A stretch of DNA of 56,547 nt from Nemertoderma westbladi (Eukaryota; Animalia; Xenacoelomorpha). The stretch lies in NCBI GenBank assembly GCA_032718475.1, contig JAUCBJ010005009.1, positions 1 to 56,547 on the forward strand, given 5' to 3'. The notes beneath the pieces are model-generated. The model did not search any database and was not told where the DNA came from. It saw only the letters and a list, made by a program, of their open reading frames with translations. Below, one piece after another: positions 12,998-26,289 of this stretch. The position numbers and the translations under genes are program-made. How positions within the stretch are numbered: the stretch's first letter is position 1; each line of letters begins with the position of its first letter.

Positions 12998-13624
12998 GTT
13001 AGTGCAAACTAATATACCGCAGCTCCCGATATTAAATAATGAATTCATAGAGGAAAAAATTGAAAAATGTACATGGTTCCCATCCTTACCTTGATGATAT
13101 CAGTATAAATAATTGAGATTGATGGGTAAACGATGTAGACATAATTATATATGAGAAAGGGAATATCTTGCATCAATTCGAGGCACCCACCACCTGGCAT
13201 ACATTGTCTAGTCAGTAAACATGATATATTAATTTATTGGAATTGAAGGAACATCTAATAAAAGTGTAAAATAATGAACCAATTCACTGTTTATTTCATG
13301 GAAATAAAATTGCACTTTATTACCTATCCGCCCATGAGATATTATATAACTTGGGCAAAAGATTAAATCCTTCTAAACCTTACATACACGTATGTTTGAG
13401 CGGGAAGGTTAAAACTTTAATGGAAATTTTCTCGGAATTACTTTTTTCGCTATTTCAGTTTCTTAAAATATTAAATCGTCACCGCGTTACTCGCCATACT
13501 ACTTTCATCACCCGTCTCGCTTTTCCCGCAAATTCTATAATTTATGGGTCTTTTGAAAGCATTATCATGAAAGAATCTGCATCATCAGGTCCAACACCTG
13601 CCCCATGTCCCATTTGGCGCTGTA

Positions 13625-14597
13625 CCAGTATAGGCCATGCCTACGACGTTAAATTCTGAGACAGTAGGTCATACGACGTTAAATTCTGAGACAGTAGGTC
13701 ATACGACGTTCAATTCTGAGACAGAAGGTCCTGCGACGTTAAATTCTGAGACAGTAGGTCCTGCGATGTTAAATTCTGAGACAGTAGGTCCTGCGACGTT
13801 AAATTTTGAGACAGTAGGTCCTGCGACCTTAAATTCTGAGACAGTGGGTCCTGCGACGTTGAATTCTGAGACAGAAGGTCCTGCGACGTTAAATTCTGAG
13901 ACAGTAGGTACTGCGACATTAAAGTCTGAGACAGTAGGTCCTACGACGTTAAATTCTGAGACAGTAGGTCCTGCGATGTTAAATTCTGAGACAGTAGGTC
14001 CTGCGACTTTAAATTCTGAGACAGTAAGTCCTGCTACGTTAAATTCTGAGACAGTAGGTTCTGCTACGTTAAAATCTGAGACAGTAGGTCCTGCGACGTT
14101 AAATTCTGAGATAGTAGGTCCTGCGACGTTAAATTCTGAGGCAGTGGGTCCTGCGACGTTGAATTCTGAGACAGAAGGTCCTGCGACGTTAAATTCTGAG
14201 ACAGTAGGTCCTGCGACGTTAAATTCTGAGACAGTAGGTCCTGCGACGTTAAATTCAGAGACAGTAGGTCCTGTGACGTTATATTCAGAGACAGTAGGTC
14301 CTGCGACGTTAAATTCAGAGACAGTAGGTCCTGTGATGTTAAATTCAGAGACAGTAGGTCCTGCGACGTTAAATTCTGCGACAGTAGGTCCTGCGACATT
14401 AAATGCTGAGACAGAAGGTCCTGCGACGTTAAATTCTGAGACAGTAGGTCCTGTGACGTTAAATTCAGAGACAGTAGGTCCTGCGACGTTAAATTCTGCG
14501 ACAGTAGGTCCTGCGACATTAAATGCTGAGACAGAAGGTCCTGCGACGTTAAATTCTGAGGCAGTAGGTCCTGCGACGTTAAATTCAGAGACAGTAG
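13625..14597. repeat. 30-bp minisatellite (GACAGTAGGTCCTGCGACGTTAAATTCTGA), about 32 units
   Basis: Tandem periodicity; source of the (TVGPATLNSE)n ORF. Confidence 0.97.
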
Positions 14598-14599
14598 AT

Positions 14600-15025
14600 A
14601 TGTATGTACTACCCACGAAATCCACAGCCACCACTTCTACTGTGTCCACAGTAATATATTGCTGCAGTCAAACCAACGCATCAGAGCTAGAACTAGCCAT
14701 CAAGTTTCATGAAGATCTGTCTGGACTTATAAAGGACATTCCTAAACACAACGTCCAAGTAATTGCTGGTGACTTTAATGCACAAATTCGCCCAGAAGCC
14801 AGCAGGGGTTACACCTATAACTTCAGTTTGAACAGAAATGGCTGCTTACTCTTAGATCTAATGGAAGAATGTGAATTGATTCCATCAAACACCACATTTG
14901 AAAAAAGTAAGGGAAGCTGTGGACCTTAAATTACCCTGATGGAACCAAAGTACAGCTGGATAATTCCTTATCAACAAAAAGTGGAGAAACAACTTATGAT
15001 TAATTGCCAGGGGCCGGCGCCAAGA
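14600..15025 (+). mobile_element. RTE-clade LINE endonuclease fragment
   Basis: IPKHNVQVIAGDFNAQI, NRNG..LLDL.EE..L...NT.F.K, then WT/QLD/INKKW motifs in shifted frames. Confidence 0.85.
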
Positions 15026-15028
15026 AGC

Positions 15029-16865
15029 TCTACTACAACTACTACTACTAGGATCGGCATGCTGCATTGCAGCTGCATTTTTAAGAATGCTGTGCAGGCT
15101 TGTCGACAAAATTGCGCCGCTACAACTCGCTATCACCCGTGACATTTGCTAGATCATCTGCATCTTCAAGGCCAGTGTCCTTTAAGATGCGTCTCAAGAA
15201 AGTCATGGGCTGTCCACCATGCTTATTCACTCCATGAGGCAACCAAAGCACAAGATTATGCACTGGCTGGTCCTCACGACGAAAGCAAGCTTGGGGGAAC
15301 CAATGAGACACCTCCAATGTTATATAGTGTGTGGTCGGAGATGTGTGCATTGTACTTGACACAATGAACCCGCCCTAGCATTCTTGTGTATGTGCCATCC
15401 AAAGATTTGGTGTCCTCAGCAGTTAGAGCCCAGCATCGACTCCCATAGAGGAGTACTGGAACTACTGCTGGTCTAAATAATCGGACCCTAAGTTTCCGAT
15501 TAATTCTCTGTGACTTACAAATCCTTGAAAGCCTATTCAAGGCTGCCCATGCCTTTGCCTTACGTATTTGTAGGTACCTGTCTTCCGGATCCATGATCCC
15601 AGGTAACAGAAGTCGTCCACATGCTTAAGCATACCATCCGGTGAGCTTATGCTCATCTGGTAGAGACTTGGTGAGGACTTTCAGAGTTAACTGTCAAAAT
15701 TTTGGTCTTTTTGGAGTTAATAAAAAGACCAACACTAGAAGCAGCCTGTTCTAATTAGCTCATGAGCCGTTGGGCTCCCTCTAGTGATTCTGAGAGTAAT
15801 CCTAAGTCATCAGCAAAGTCTAGATCAGTTAGGTACTTGGCAGGATTTCCTCTCAGACTTCTGGAGCCAGTAGGTGGAGTTACCATCACCCCATTATCAT
15901 TATGATGATCTAAGGAAATGCATAGAATATAGTCAACCACAATTATGAACAAGAATGGCGCAAGTGTGTCTCCTTGGAGGACGCCCCATAACACTTCAAA
16001 TGGTTCTGTGTCACCTTCAACAGTAGATACAAATGTTGTCGAACCATTGTATACTGATCTGATTGCTGCAATAATTTCATCATGAATCCGATATAATGAA
16101 AGTATGATGAACATACATGAGCGAGACACTGATTCAAAGGCCTTGAAGAAGTCAACAAAGATAACAGCCAGATGCCTGTCTTTCTTATTTGATTACTCTT
16201 CAATTATCCTCATCAGTGCCAAAATGGGCTCCATAGTTCCACGACCTTTACGGAACCCATTCTGATTTCCACAGAGCAGTCTTTCAATTGGATCCCTGAG
16301 GCGATTTTATATAATTCTATTGTATAGCTTTGCAGCAATAGAGATCAATGAGATTCCCCGAAAAGAACCATATTGTTTTAGGTTGCCCTTCTTGGGAACT
16401 GGTACCAACTCTGTACATGTCTACTATGATGGGATTGATGAGCTTTAAACACGCTGGTATTTTAAAAACCTCAGGGGGAACACCATCTACTCCACTGGCA
16501 CGATTGGTCTTAATGCTCTTTGCAGCAGCCTTCACTTCTGCAAAGGAGATATCGCAAATAAATGGGAATATCTGGGAGTACAGACTCAGATACTTTTACT
16601 TCTATAAAGTCATCAGGCTATACCCTGTCATTATTGAAGAGCTTTTCAAAGTGGGCCTTCCAACCGTTGAGGCGATTGGCTGGTGATTCTGCCTTAACCT
16701 TGGTGGTTGGTTGGCTTTTCCGCCCAGTAAGGAAGTTGATCGATTTCCAAGCCTGGGATGATTGCCTGCTGACATCAGCATCATTGATGGCATCAACCTG
16801 CCAAGAAGCTCTGTTACTGTTAATGACGCTGTTAGTGAAGTTGGTGACTGCCCTGAAACCTCCAT
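15029..16865 (-). mobile_element. RTE-clade LINE, 5'-truncated RT and 3' end with (TAG)n tail
   Basis: ASGVDGVPPEVFK, QNGFR, GVLQGDTLAPFLF, DLDFADD, RKAKAWAAL, VLLYGS..W..T; CTA tract at 15029-15050. Confidence 0.92.
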
Positions 16866-17429
16866 TAATTATTCCTATGTTAACTTAACGGAATCCAGCT
16901 TCATGAAGGTCTGTTAAGTTAATGGATTAATGTAATTATTTAGTTTATTTAGTTATTTCAATTAAGGGATTTATATATGTGAAGCGTAGGGCTACTTTAA
17001 GATTCCGTTAAGAACTTTCATTTATGGTTTTACAGTACACCTAAACTACATATACTGAATTTGGTACCAGTAACAATGTGGCGTATTGCTGCTAATAATA
17101 ATAATATATTTTATTCTTTAACTCGAGGATTATAAGATAATTGCATGATGCAGCCCAGGAAAACAGCAACCATAACTGATGGTTATTTAGATTCAACTGA
17201 TGATTATTTAGATTTAGAATCGAGAATGTTTGGCCTATGGTTTGACCCTTAAAGATAAACTTAAAGATATGGAATTTTTCAATGAAATCGCTATACAAAA
17301 GAAGTTGTATTTTTATGTAGATTTGTTGTAGATTTATGTGGTAGACTCAGTGCGCTTCTAGAAAGAATGACGCATAGGTCTAATAGTCAATCTGTGGAAA
17401 CTTAAAATGAAATAAAATGACGAAATTAT

Positions 17430-17800
17430 TTCGATTACTCGCGATTTCCCAGGATTATAGATTGTGTTGTTGGCTGCCATATCTGAATAAAGGTAGACCC
17501 TAAGAACGCTATAATGTGGCGCACAAAAGGACTAAGTCATCTATAGAAAGATGTAACAGCAAACTGAAAATGCGACTTCAGGTTCTAGCAGGTTTGATAA
17601 AAATAATGATTTTTAAAAAAAAATCAAAAAGGTCAGATTTATTTGATTTAAATCAGATTTTTTTTTATTTAAGAGGAATAACCTTTACTCCACTAAAGGC
17701 ATCAAAAATCATAATGGCGTGTGTTTGTCTCCATAACTGGGCAGAAAAACACAGTTTGCAAAGACAACAGACACCCTCCATAATCCTGAAGTTTTAGGTC
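17430..17800 (+). mobile_element. PIF/Harbinger (HARBI1-like) transposase remnant, with an 84-bp AT-rich insert at about 17590-17673
   Basis: FPRIIDCVVGCHI, YNVAHKRTKSSIERCNSKLKMR, KIIMACVCLHN. Confidence 0.75.
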
Positions 17801-18515
17801 AAGGAGTGACTAGGAACGATTTAGTAACAATGTGTGTTTTCTTACATATGAACAATATATTAATATTAAGTAAATTGTGTCACTGAATATTCTTAGTTGC
17901 CTTATATTGTATTATATTATAGGTACAATACAGTACTATCAAAATAATACATAATAGGCCTACTTTAATAATTTAATTTTAACTCCTAGAAAAACAATTT
18001 AATTGAAATACGATACTTTGCAGATAATTAAGGCTGCTGTAACTATTGTATTTCTTCAGAGATGTTGAAGGGTTGGAATATTCATAATACTGATTCTGAT
18101 TGGTGTTATTTACTATTATTATTTACTACTAAATATTATTGGTTTGATTTGCTTGTAGGCTTTACTTTTTCTTTTATTATTTACATATGTGTAATGCTTT
18201 GCCATTCTTAGTTATTCTCAGCACAACATGATACCAATTCATATATTTCATCTTGTGAAAAGACATCCTTTTTGCCTGTTTATGAATGGGCATATTGTAC
18301 TGTATACTGTTATTAAATGCAGTTGGGACCTTATACTGTACTAGGTACTGTACTGGGTTGTAGATATATGATATCTTTAAGTTTGGAAACTCATCTGACA
18401 GTTTCAGGGAGTTGTTGTTGGAGTATTACTAGGCAGCCACAGTATTCCCAACCAATCACACCAGCACATTCCAGAATTGTGAACTTGTATGCTACTAAGA
18501 CTGAGTGGCCATTTG

Positions 18516-19135
18516 CAACACGTTCGTGGGGACTTCGCGCAGCACGTAGTCGGCAAGCCTTGGCATACGGTTCATATAGAGCAAATGGGGCATGTCTAGT
18601 TTGGACCCCATATCCCATGCTATAAATGTATTCATTCGATATACAATCATATGTTAATCCGCTAGGTGGTGTCAAATTGTTATTCTGCAATTTCGTACTT
18701 ACCAGTGCAGCACTGTACAGCAGTACCGTACCGGTAGGCCTATGTCATTACTTCTGAGTCTCTAGCGGATCCCCAATTAAATGTCTTAACTTTTCAATTT
18801 CGTAAAAGATAGACTTCATGATTCTCTACAGGCCACCAAAATTTCAGCTCAGGAAAATGAGGCCTTCCCGAGAAATTTAACATTTTCTAAAAACCACATA
18901 ATCTGTCGTAGCTGACGTCAGACTGCATGATTTTTCACCAAACTTTACAAACTTTCTAAACTTTCTCTCTACTACTTACCTACTAAGTTTGGTTCAATTC
19001 CGAACGAGCGATGCCGAGAAATTCGCGTTCAAACATTTACCAGACAGACGGACGGACAGACAGACGGACATGCCCCATTTGCCCTATATGAACCGTATGC
19101 AAAGGCTCGCCGACTACGTGTCTCGCCCCACATTT
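18516..19135 (+). mobile_element. HINE/DINE-1-like non-autonomous element
   Basis: About 65-bp inverted repeat (18526-18600 vs 19060-19131), (GACA/GACG)n at 19041-19070, same ends as 8974-9263. Confidence 0.6.
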
Positions 19136-19534
19136 ACTATAATGGAACCTAAACGGGCATTTAATTAACGGATTCTTCTTGACGATTGTGGTCTGGCCTC
19201 TGTGAGTGATACCTCTGTTAGTTGGGATATTAACTGAGCATCTTGGCACCCGCTCCAGACATAAAGCTCGTTTAAAAACCATTTTCTTTTTATCACAGAA
19301 TCGTTCTCAATTTGAGAGCCGGTAAATCCAGGACAATCAACTATATGACTGGTAGGAACTCACAACTGACAATGCAGTAAATGCAATGCAATACAATGCC
19401 TATGGAATCTGAAGTCATTACTGCTGGCATTTGGATTGTTATATTGTGACACAGAAGCTCTGGTACTCTCAACAGATGTTGAAACTAAATTCTTCTCAAT
19501 CCTGGCTTACTGCAAGGTGACTTATTGGCGCCAT

Positions 19535-19865
19535 TAATATTCATAATTGTACTGGATTATACAATGAAGACGGCCACAAAGGGAGAAGATCTGGGATCAC
19601 ACTACAAGAACGCAGAAGTAGCAGATATCCGGCAACTACAGTCACAGACACCGACTTTGCGGATGACATCGCCCTGCTCTCTAATACGGTAGCAGATGCA
19701 CAGCTTCTACTAAATAAAGTGGAGAGGGCTGCTAAGGAGGTTGGATTGCATATAAATGCTACCAAGTCTGAATTCATAACTTTGAAGCTAGTGGAAACTT
19801 ACCAGAATTTATAATAATAAACTAAGGAAGGTTGACGACTTCCAGTACATTTGTTCATGGATCAA
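19535..19865 (+). mobile_element. RTE RT fragment
   Basis: GITLQERRSSRYPATTVTDTDFADDIALLSN...VGLHINATKSEFI. Confidence 0.85.
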
Positions 19866-19886
19866 CCTTTGTGTAGTGGTTGCATT

Positions 19887-20098
19887 AATAATAATAATAA
19901 TAATAATATTGGTTATTTATATAGCGCTTTATTATGCTCGGCATACTCAAAGCGCTTTTATTATCATTACCCCAGCAAAGCCAGGTTCCCATTATACCGC
20001 TGGGTTGACGTAGGCACTAATGTCTAAAGTGTCTTGCCTAGGGACACAACAGTGCGAAATTTCTACAGCCTTTAGTCGGATTCGAACCTGCGCCACCA
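19887..20098 (-). mobile_element. tRNA SINE with CORE-like body and L2-type tail
   Basis: Minus strand: GGTTCGAATCC B box, GTGTCCCTAGGCAAGACACTT, AAAGCGCTATATAAAT and (ATT)n tail. Confidence 0.75.
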
Positions 20099-20138
20099 AA
20101 CACATTTGCATTGCATTGCATTGAACTCACATTTCCTG

Positions 20139-20386
20139 TAGGTCGTGGGTTCGATCCCCGCATGGGCCAGGGCATTTTTCGTTTCTGGACGAATGCTTTA
20201 AAGGGACCAGAAAAGAGCGCATCTCTGCCTTGCATCCTTAATTGGTAGCTAAATGAGTACTGGAGTTTCCTCTGGGGAGTAAAGTTCTGGGGGACCGCAC
20301 TGGAAATGAGTCGTCAGACTTTGTGCGTAATCCCTGGCCTAGCGGCCGAAGAAAATTTACTTTACTTTAATTAACTTTTACTTTTA
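20139..20386 (+). mobile_element. tRNA SINE (5'-truncated) with (TTTAC)n tail
   Basis: GGTTCGATCCC B box, AAATGAGTAC...GGGGAGTAAAG central domain, TTTAC tail. Confidence 0.65.
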
Positions 20387-21699
20387 TGGAGAGAGAAGTG
20401 CAAAAAAGACAGAAGTTAGGAAGGCAAAGGAAAATCGGGAATACTATGGAAGGATATCATTTCCGCTAGTAGTACACTAGTGGTACACTAGTCCAAACTT
20501 CACCTAGTAATAGTAGTAGTAGATTGTATTTTATAATAATCAGAACAGAATGTCACCAAGTTCAAATATTTTAATTATTGAATCATACCATACAAAATGC
20601 CTCGTGACCTTGGAAATCATTTTCCTTACGGAAATATGTTTGGTTTCAATGCAGAAATGACAATTTCCTCCCCTTGTAAAAGTTTTGCCTATAGTTTAAT
20701 ATTACACCACATTGTGCAATAATTAAAGTCACCAATTTCCTTCTTCTGATTAAAATTATTTTTCTATTATTATTAAAAAATTGATTACAAATCATTGATT
20801 AATGTTGAATTATCTTATCTTTCTAAGGTTACCTAGTTTTCAAATAAGGAAATTATTTTCAATTAACCGGAAATTTAAACTGTAATTATAATTTTAATTA
20901 TAATTATAATTCAACCCAAAGCAAGATTGGAGTGTAAATAGAAATGCATCACTCTTAGAAATAATAAAAAATTAAATGTGCATATAGACAACTGTGATAA
21001 GTTCTATTATCACCTTCAAACTTCATAGCATAAACTGATATTATATTGACAATTATCTTATTGACATAACTGATAAAAAAAGTTATGGGCTTTACCAAAA
21101 ATTATTATATTCGGCCTACTACCATATCGATTCTTCTTCCCCTGAAAAGGACATTCAATTATGCAACTGTATAAACTTCGTCCCACCCAGACTCTCCTTG
21201 TTATAATAGTTTTTCTAATTGTTTTTTGGAAAATGGCCTTACTCAATTACAACTAGAACCTACCCATTTAGGTAATGTGTTAGACCATGGAATACTAAAT
21301 AATAGACGGAACCGCATTAGTGTTATTTTTTCGGCCCCGATATTTTTTTCAATAAAGTGGTAGTATATGCCATAGAAACCCCAGAAAAAAAATTTAAGCA
21401 AATTCGACCGGAGCGTTCTCCAGATATAATCCGTCAAAGTTTTCAAATTTGCCAACAAGAAATGCAGTGTTGGGGGCGATTGTCAACAATATTATTATTA
21501 CCACAACTAGCTACAGCTGCACTATTTTAACTATATTACTATATTACCCTACTATTACCCTACTACCCACTATATTAACCGATAATTTTTCGATTACAAT
21601 TAACCAGTACATCGCGTCTCTACACAGTAGGGCCTACACTACTTCACTGGCTACACATAGTGAACTATCTACATCATGCTACGTACTTGTATAGTTTGC

Positions 21700-24235
21700 A
21701 AGTCAAAAGACCATTTGCACCGGTTTCCTATTGATATTGCTGTTTGCAATGAATGGAAACAAGCGATTCGTCAGGGGCTGAATACGCCTGGTAAAGATTT
21801 TATTATTTTTTTTTAGCGACAATTGATTGTAATTTCTTGTCATATAGTAGCTCGCCAGTCGACCTAACGAATGGCTCCCTCCGAGGTCGCCCATTTGGGG
21901 GACTATCTGTTCTTGTGAGACAACAATTTCTTAATAGCATTGAATTTTCTACCACGTGAGGACAATAGATTGATCTGTTTTTACATTAATCTAAATGATG
22001 GCTCCAAAGTTTTGATGCTGAATGTTTATTTGCCGTATCAACATACCCCAGAGAATCTGGTGAACTACAGTAATCGTGTAGAGGCCTCATTACGTAATAT
22101 TGTTATTCCTAGTGGTGTTAAATGTACAAATGCTAACTGTAAGGACCACCATCAAGATATGTCTAACTTTTGGGACTCAATTTCCGAAGTTGTGTTGGAT
22201 TGTGCCGCTAAAACTATTCCGTTTAAACTCACTGGCGACAGTTTTAATAAGCACAATGTTCCAGGATGGAACGATATTGTAAAAGAAAATATGATTTATG
22301 TCGAAGAATTTTTAAAATGTGGCGTGGTGCAGGATCACCCCGACAGGGGGAGCTGCACAGGCGCTATTTAGTTTCAAAGGCCGATTTTAAACGCTGTTTG
22401 CGTCAATGTAAAAGAAATGAAAAAGTAATTCGGTGCAATAAAATTGCAGAGGCCGAAATTAAGAAAGATTATTCCACTTTTTGGAATTCGGTTAAAAAAG
22501 AAAATAGTAGTGCGGTGCCGTTACCAAATGTAGTTAGTGGTGCAGTTGGTGAGAAGTTGATTGGTAATATGTTTAAGCAGGAATATTGTAATCTTTTAAA
22601 TTGTTGTGATGCTAATTCAGACGAAAGTAAAACCAACAGGTCGTTTGTAGATAACTCATTAGAAGATTTATTATATTGTAGTGATATGATTATCAGCCCA
22701 TCTGAGATTAGCTGTGCACTCTCAAATTTAAAATTAGGAAAGGCGGTTGGACCAGATGGTATTGCTGCTGAGCATTTTGTGTAAAGCAATAGCATTCGGC
22801 TCAATACTTTTTTATCGATATTGTTAAGTTCTATGAACGTTCATGGGTACATACCTGAAAATATAATACATAGCGTTATAATTCCCATTATTAAAGATAA
22901 AAATGGTCCTCTATGTAATAAATCCAATTATAGACCAGTTGCGATTGCGACTTTACTAAGTAAGGTATTCGAGTATGTGATATTTTCTTGTATTGAATCC
23001 TATTTAATTACTAGTGACTATCAATTCTCGTTTAAACGCCGCAGTGGTACTGATTTATGTGTATATACACTAAAGGAAATTATTGATTTTTATTTGCACA
23101 ACTCTTCTAGTGTATATGTCTGCTTTCTTGATTCGAGCAAGGCTTTTGATCGGATAGACCACGATATTTTATTTCGCAAATTGATTGACAGAAAGATACC
23201 CCTGTTTATTATAAGAGTAATTGTTTTTTCGTACCGCAGCCAAACGCTTTGTGTTAAATGGGGCGTGTCGAAATCAATATCTTTTACTGTGATAAATGGC
23301 GTAAAACAGGGTGGAATACTATCACCATATCTTTTCAATGTGTATATGGATGACCTTAGTTTCAGTTTAGTTGATACACTTGTTGGCTGTATGTTAGATG
23401 GGACTAGACTCAATCACATAATGTACGCAGATGATATTTGCCTAATATCGAACTCTGCTATTGGCCTACAACGGCTGATTGATAATTGTTATAAATATTC
23501 ACAATTACATAATATTATTTTCAATATGAAGAAAACAAAGGTAATGAACTTTGTAGCTAAGGACTCATTTTGTATGTTTCCTCACATGTACTTATATGGC
23601 AAACAGATTGAACGTGCAGTTAAATTTAATTTATTTAGATCACGTGATACATGACACCAGAGACGATGACTTCGATATTAGGAAGGCCACACGTGGCATC
23701 TATGCTCGAGGTAACATGTTGATGCGTAATTTTAAATCCTGCTCAACGTCTGTTAAGGTACAATTATTTAGGTCGTTTATAACTCCGGTATATTGCAACG
23801 CCTTGTGGTCGCGCAATAATTACTTGCACTCTGTTCATAATCGTATCAAAGTTGCTTACAACAGTGCTGCTCGATTGCTATTTTCATTACCAGTACGCGG
23901 TAGTATGTCGCTGTTTTTTGGTGTGCACAGCTTGCCGTGTTTCATCCATGTGCGTCATAAATCGATAGTCAACTTATTTAATAGGATTGATGCTACCACT
24001 AATAATCTAGTATCAACAGTTGCCGTGGGAACACAGCACTGTTCAAGAATGAGATCGATGTTAGATTCCTCAATGTTATACTGATAATTTGTCAATAATA
24101 CCATTTTTGTGCATTCCTCTTAGTAATTAATATTTTAGGCCCTAGTGAAGAATATGGATGACGTGTATGTAATTAATAATTATATTGATCTATATATATT
24201 GTCTGGAATAAATAAATAAATAAAAATAAATAAAA
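21700..24235 (+). mobile_element. L2-group LINE ORF2 (partial EN, RT) with (TAAA)n tail
   Basis: EN RGRPFGGL and LNVYLP; VPGWND; GPDGIAAEH; NYRPVA; FLDSSKAFD; GVKQGGILSP; YADD; YARGNML; tail 24207-24235; frameshifts and stop codons. Confidence 0.92.
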
Positions 24236-24599
24236 ATTATTATATCACGCATGAAATGTTCTATGACATGTTATCTATTTGGTACTAGTATAGTATGTGT
24301 GTAGCCATGGTACAGCAAATTTAAAAAATTTGTATGTCTTTTTATTTGGTTTTATTGCATTTTATTATGTTCTAGAACATTGGTGATTGTTCTAGAACCT
24401 TAGTAGATATTATTTTCTGGCATCTAGTAGTTTTTTACTTGCTAGTATTTTTGAAAATTAAAAAAAATAATATTTTTTTTACTGTTTTTCTGATATTGGT
24501 AAACATTCTAGAATCAATGTTTTCACATTTTTTTATAATTTCAAAAAATACTAGCAACTAAAAAAAACGGCTACGGTTCCGTATGCCACTACACTTCTT

Positions 24600-25658
24600 A
24601 AAGAGAACTTCCATAATGACACAGCTGATTACTTCCGTATTATTAGACTCTTCTGGGAGTTTATGAACTGTAAACATAATATGTCTAATCCTTACACAAG
24701 AACACTCAGTCGTTATGACAGTGAGCGGCAAAGTTTCCTTCAAACCTTCCTTGACTGGCTGACAAGGTGGAAGTCTTCAAATAAAGCAGGGTTCACTTCG
24801 CAGACATTTTCAACGCTCATACTAACAGTTGCTAACACAATTAAGGTCCTAGATTTGGTCTTCAACAAACTCGAATACCAATTATTTAACCTGGCAGTCC
24901 TTGGAGACGATGAAATTGAGTTACATTTCAGCAAATATCGCCAGATGTCGGGAGGTCGCTTCCTTGTAAGTCTGCGGGAAGCCACTAACTCAAACAAGAT
25001 AATTCAAATCAAGGCAGCAGCTCTACAATCCAACCAAGATGTCATTGACTGCCTTGATAAAACTAATAGTGAAGATATACGACCAATAATTACGAAACTA
25101 TCAGCAGATGATGATTTTGATATATTCGACGACGAATCTCTATTGATTATTTCAGACGTGGCTGGATGGGCAGTTCAGTCAATTCCTAATTAAGATGCGT
25201 TGTGTTCTGTTCATGTACCAGATGCGATCTACAATAAAAATCCCAATCAAGTTCCACGAATATTCGCTACATTTCGTTTCGTGACAGAGGGGGGTTGTGT
25301 TTTCCGATTGATGGATTTGTACATCTTTGCTGCAATATATTTCACAAATTGAAAAAATCATATCCCTTGGTAAACAACAAGAACAAAGCGAGTCCAACAT
25401 TACATAGACTACTAGTAAACCAAATAGATACCACTGAAGTTGTCTGCTCTGAACACAGCGAGAAATTCAAAAACTAGTAAACGTTTTCCTTAAGGCTGAG
25501 GCTAGTCACAGGAAAGAAATTATTGATGAACAGGAACGGTATAAAACGGGACTGAATGGATTTAAAGCGCCACAGTTATACAAGAAAAAACGGATTCTTT
25601 AGTCAGATATTAATCAAAATAACATCCATCCCTTTCAAAACTGCCTGGCACTGGCCTG
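24600..25658 (+). mobile_element. P-element/THAP9-like transposase remnant
   Basis: FLDWLTRW, DEIELHFSKYRQMSGG, VAGW...C..C, DRGGLCFP motifs; possible terminus ...GGCACTGGCCTG at 25658. Confidence 0.75.
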
Positions 25659-25659
25659 T

Positions 25660-26289
25660 CGTCTCTAATACCACTGCCACCCAGGCTGTTGTTTCTACTA
25701 CCACTGCCACCCTGGCTGTTGACTCTACTACCATTGCCACCCTGGCTGCTGTTTCCACTACCTACCACGTTGCCACCCTGGTAGTTGTTTCTACTACCAC
25801 TGCCACCCTGGCTGTTGACTCTACTACCATTGCCACCCTGGCTACTGTTTCCACTACCTACCACGTTGCCACCCTGGCTGTTGTTTCTACTATCACTACC
25901 ACCCTGGTAGTTGTTTCTACTACCACTGCCACCCTGGCTGTTGACTCTACTACCATTGCTACCCTGGCTGCTGTTTCCACTACCTACCACATTGTCACAA
26001 TGGCTGTTGTTTCTACTACCACTGCTGCGTTGCCACCCTGGCTGTCATCTCTACTACCACTGCGACCCTGACCGTTGACTCTACTAACATTGCCACCCTG
26101 GCTGTCATCTCTACCACCACTGCCACCCTGGCTGTTGTTTCCACTACCTACCACGTTGCCACCATGGCTGTTGTTTCTACTACCATTGCCACCCTGGCTG
26201 TTGCTCTACTCTACTACCACTGCCACCATGGCTGTTGACTCTACTACCATTACCACCCTGGCTGTTGACTCTACTACCACTGCCACCCG
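25660..26289. repeat. 30-bp minisatellite (CTACCACTGCCACCCTGGCTGTTGTTTCTA) with 36-bp variants, about 20 units
   Basis: Tandem periodicity; explains the Thr/Ala-rich and Gly/Ser/Asn-rich ORFs. Confidence 0.95.

Noticed and set aside
14600-16865. Twin-priming 5' inversion of a single RTE
   Set aside because: The + strand EN fragment abuts the 3' tail, not the 5' end, of the minus-strand copy; two separate copies are more likely.
21850-21910. Possible HDV-like ribozyme at the LINE 5' end
   Set aside because: The GC-rich stretch translates as RGRPFGGLSVL, a standard endonuclease-domain motif.
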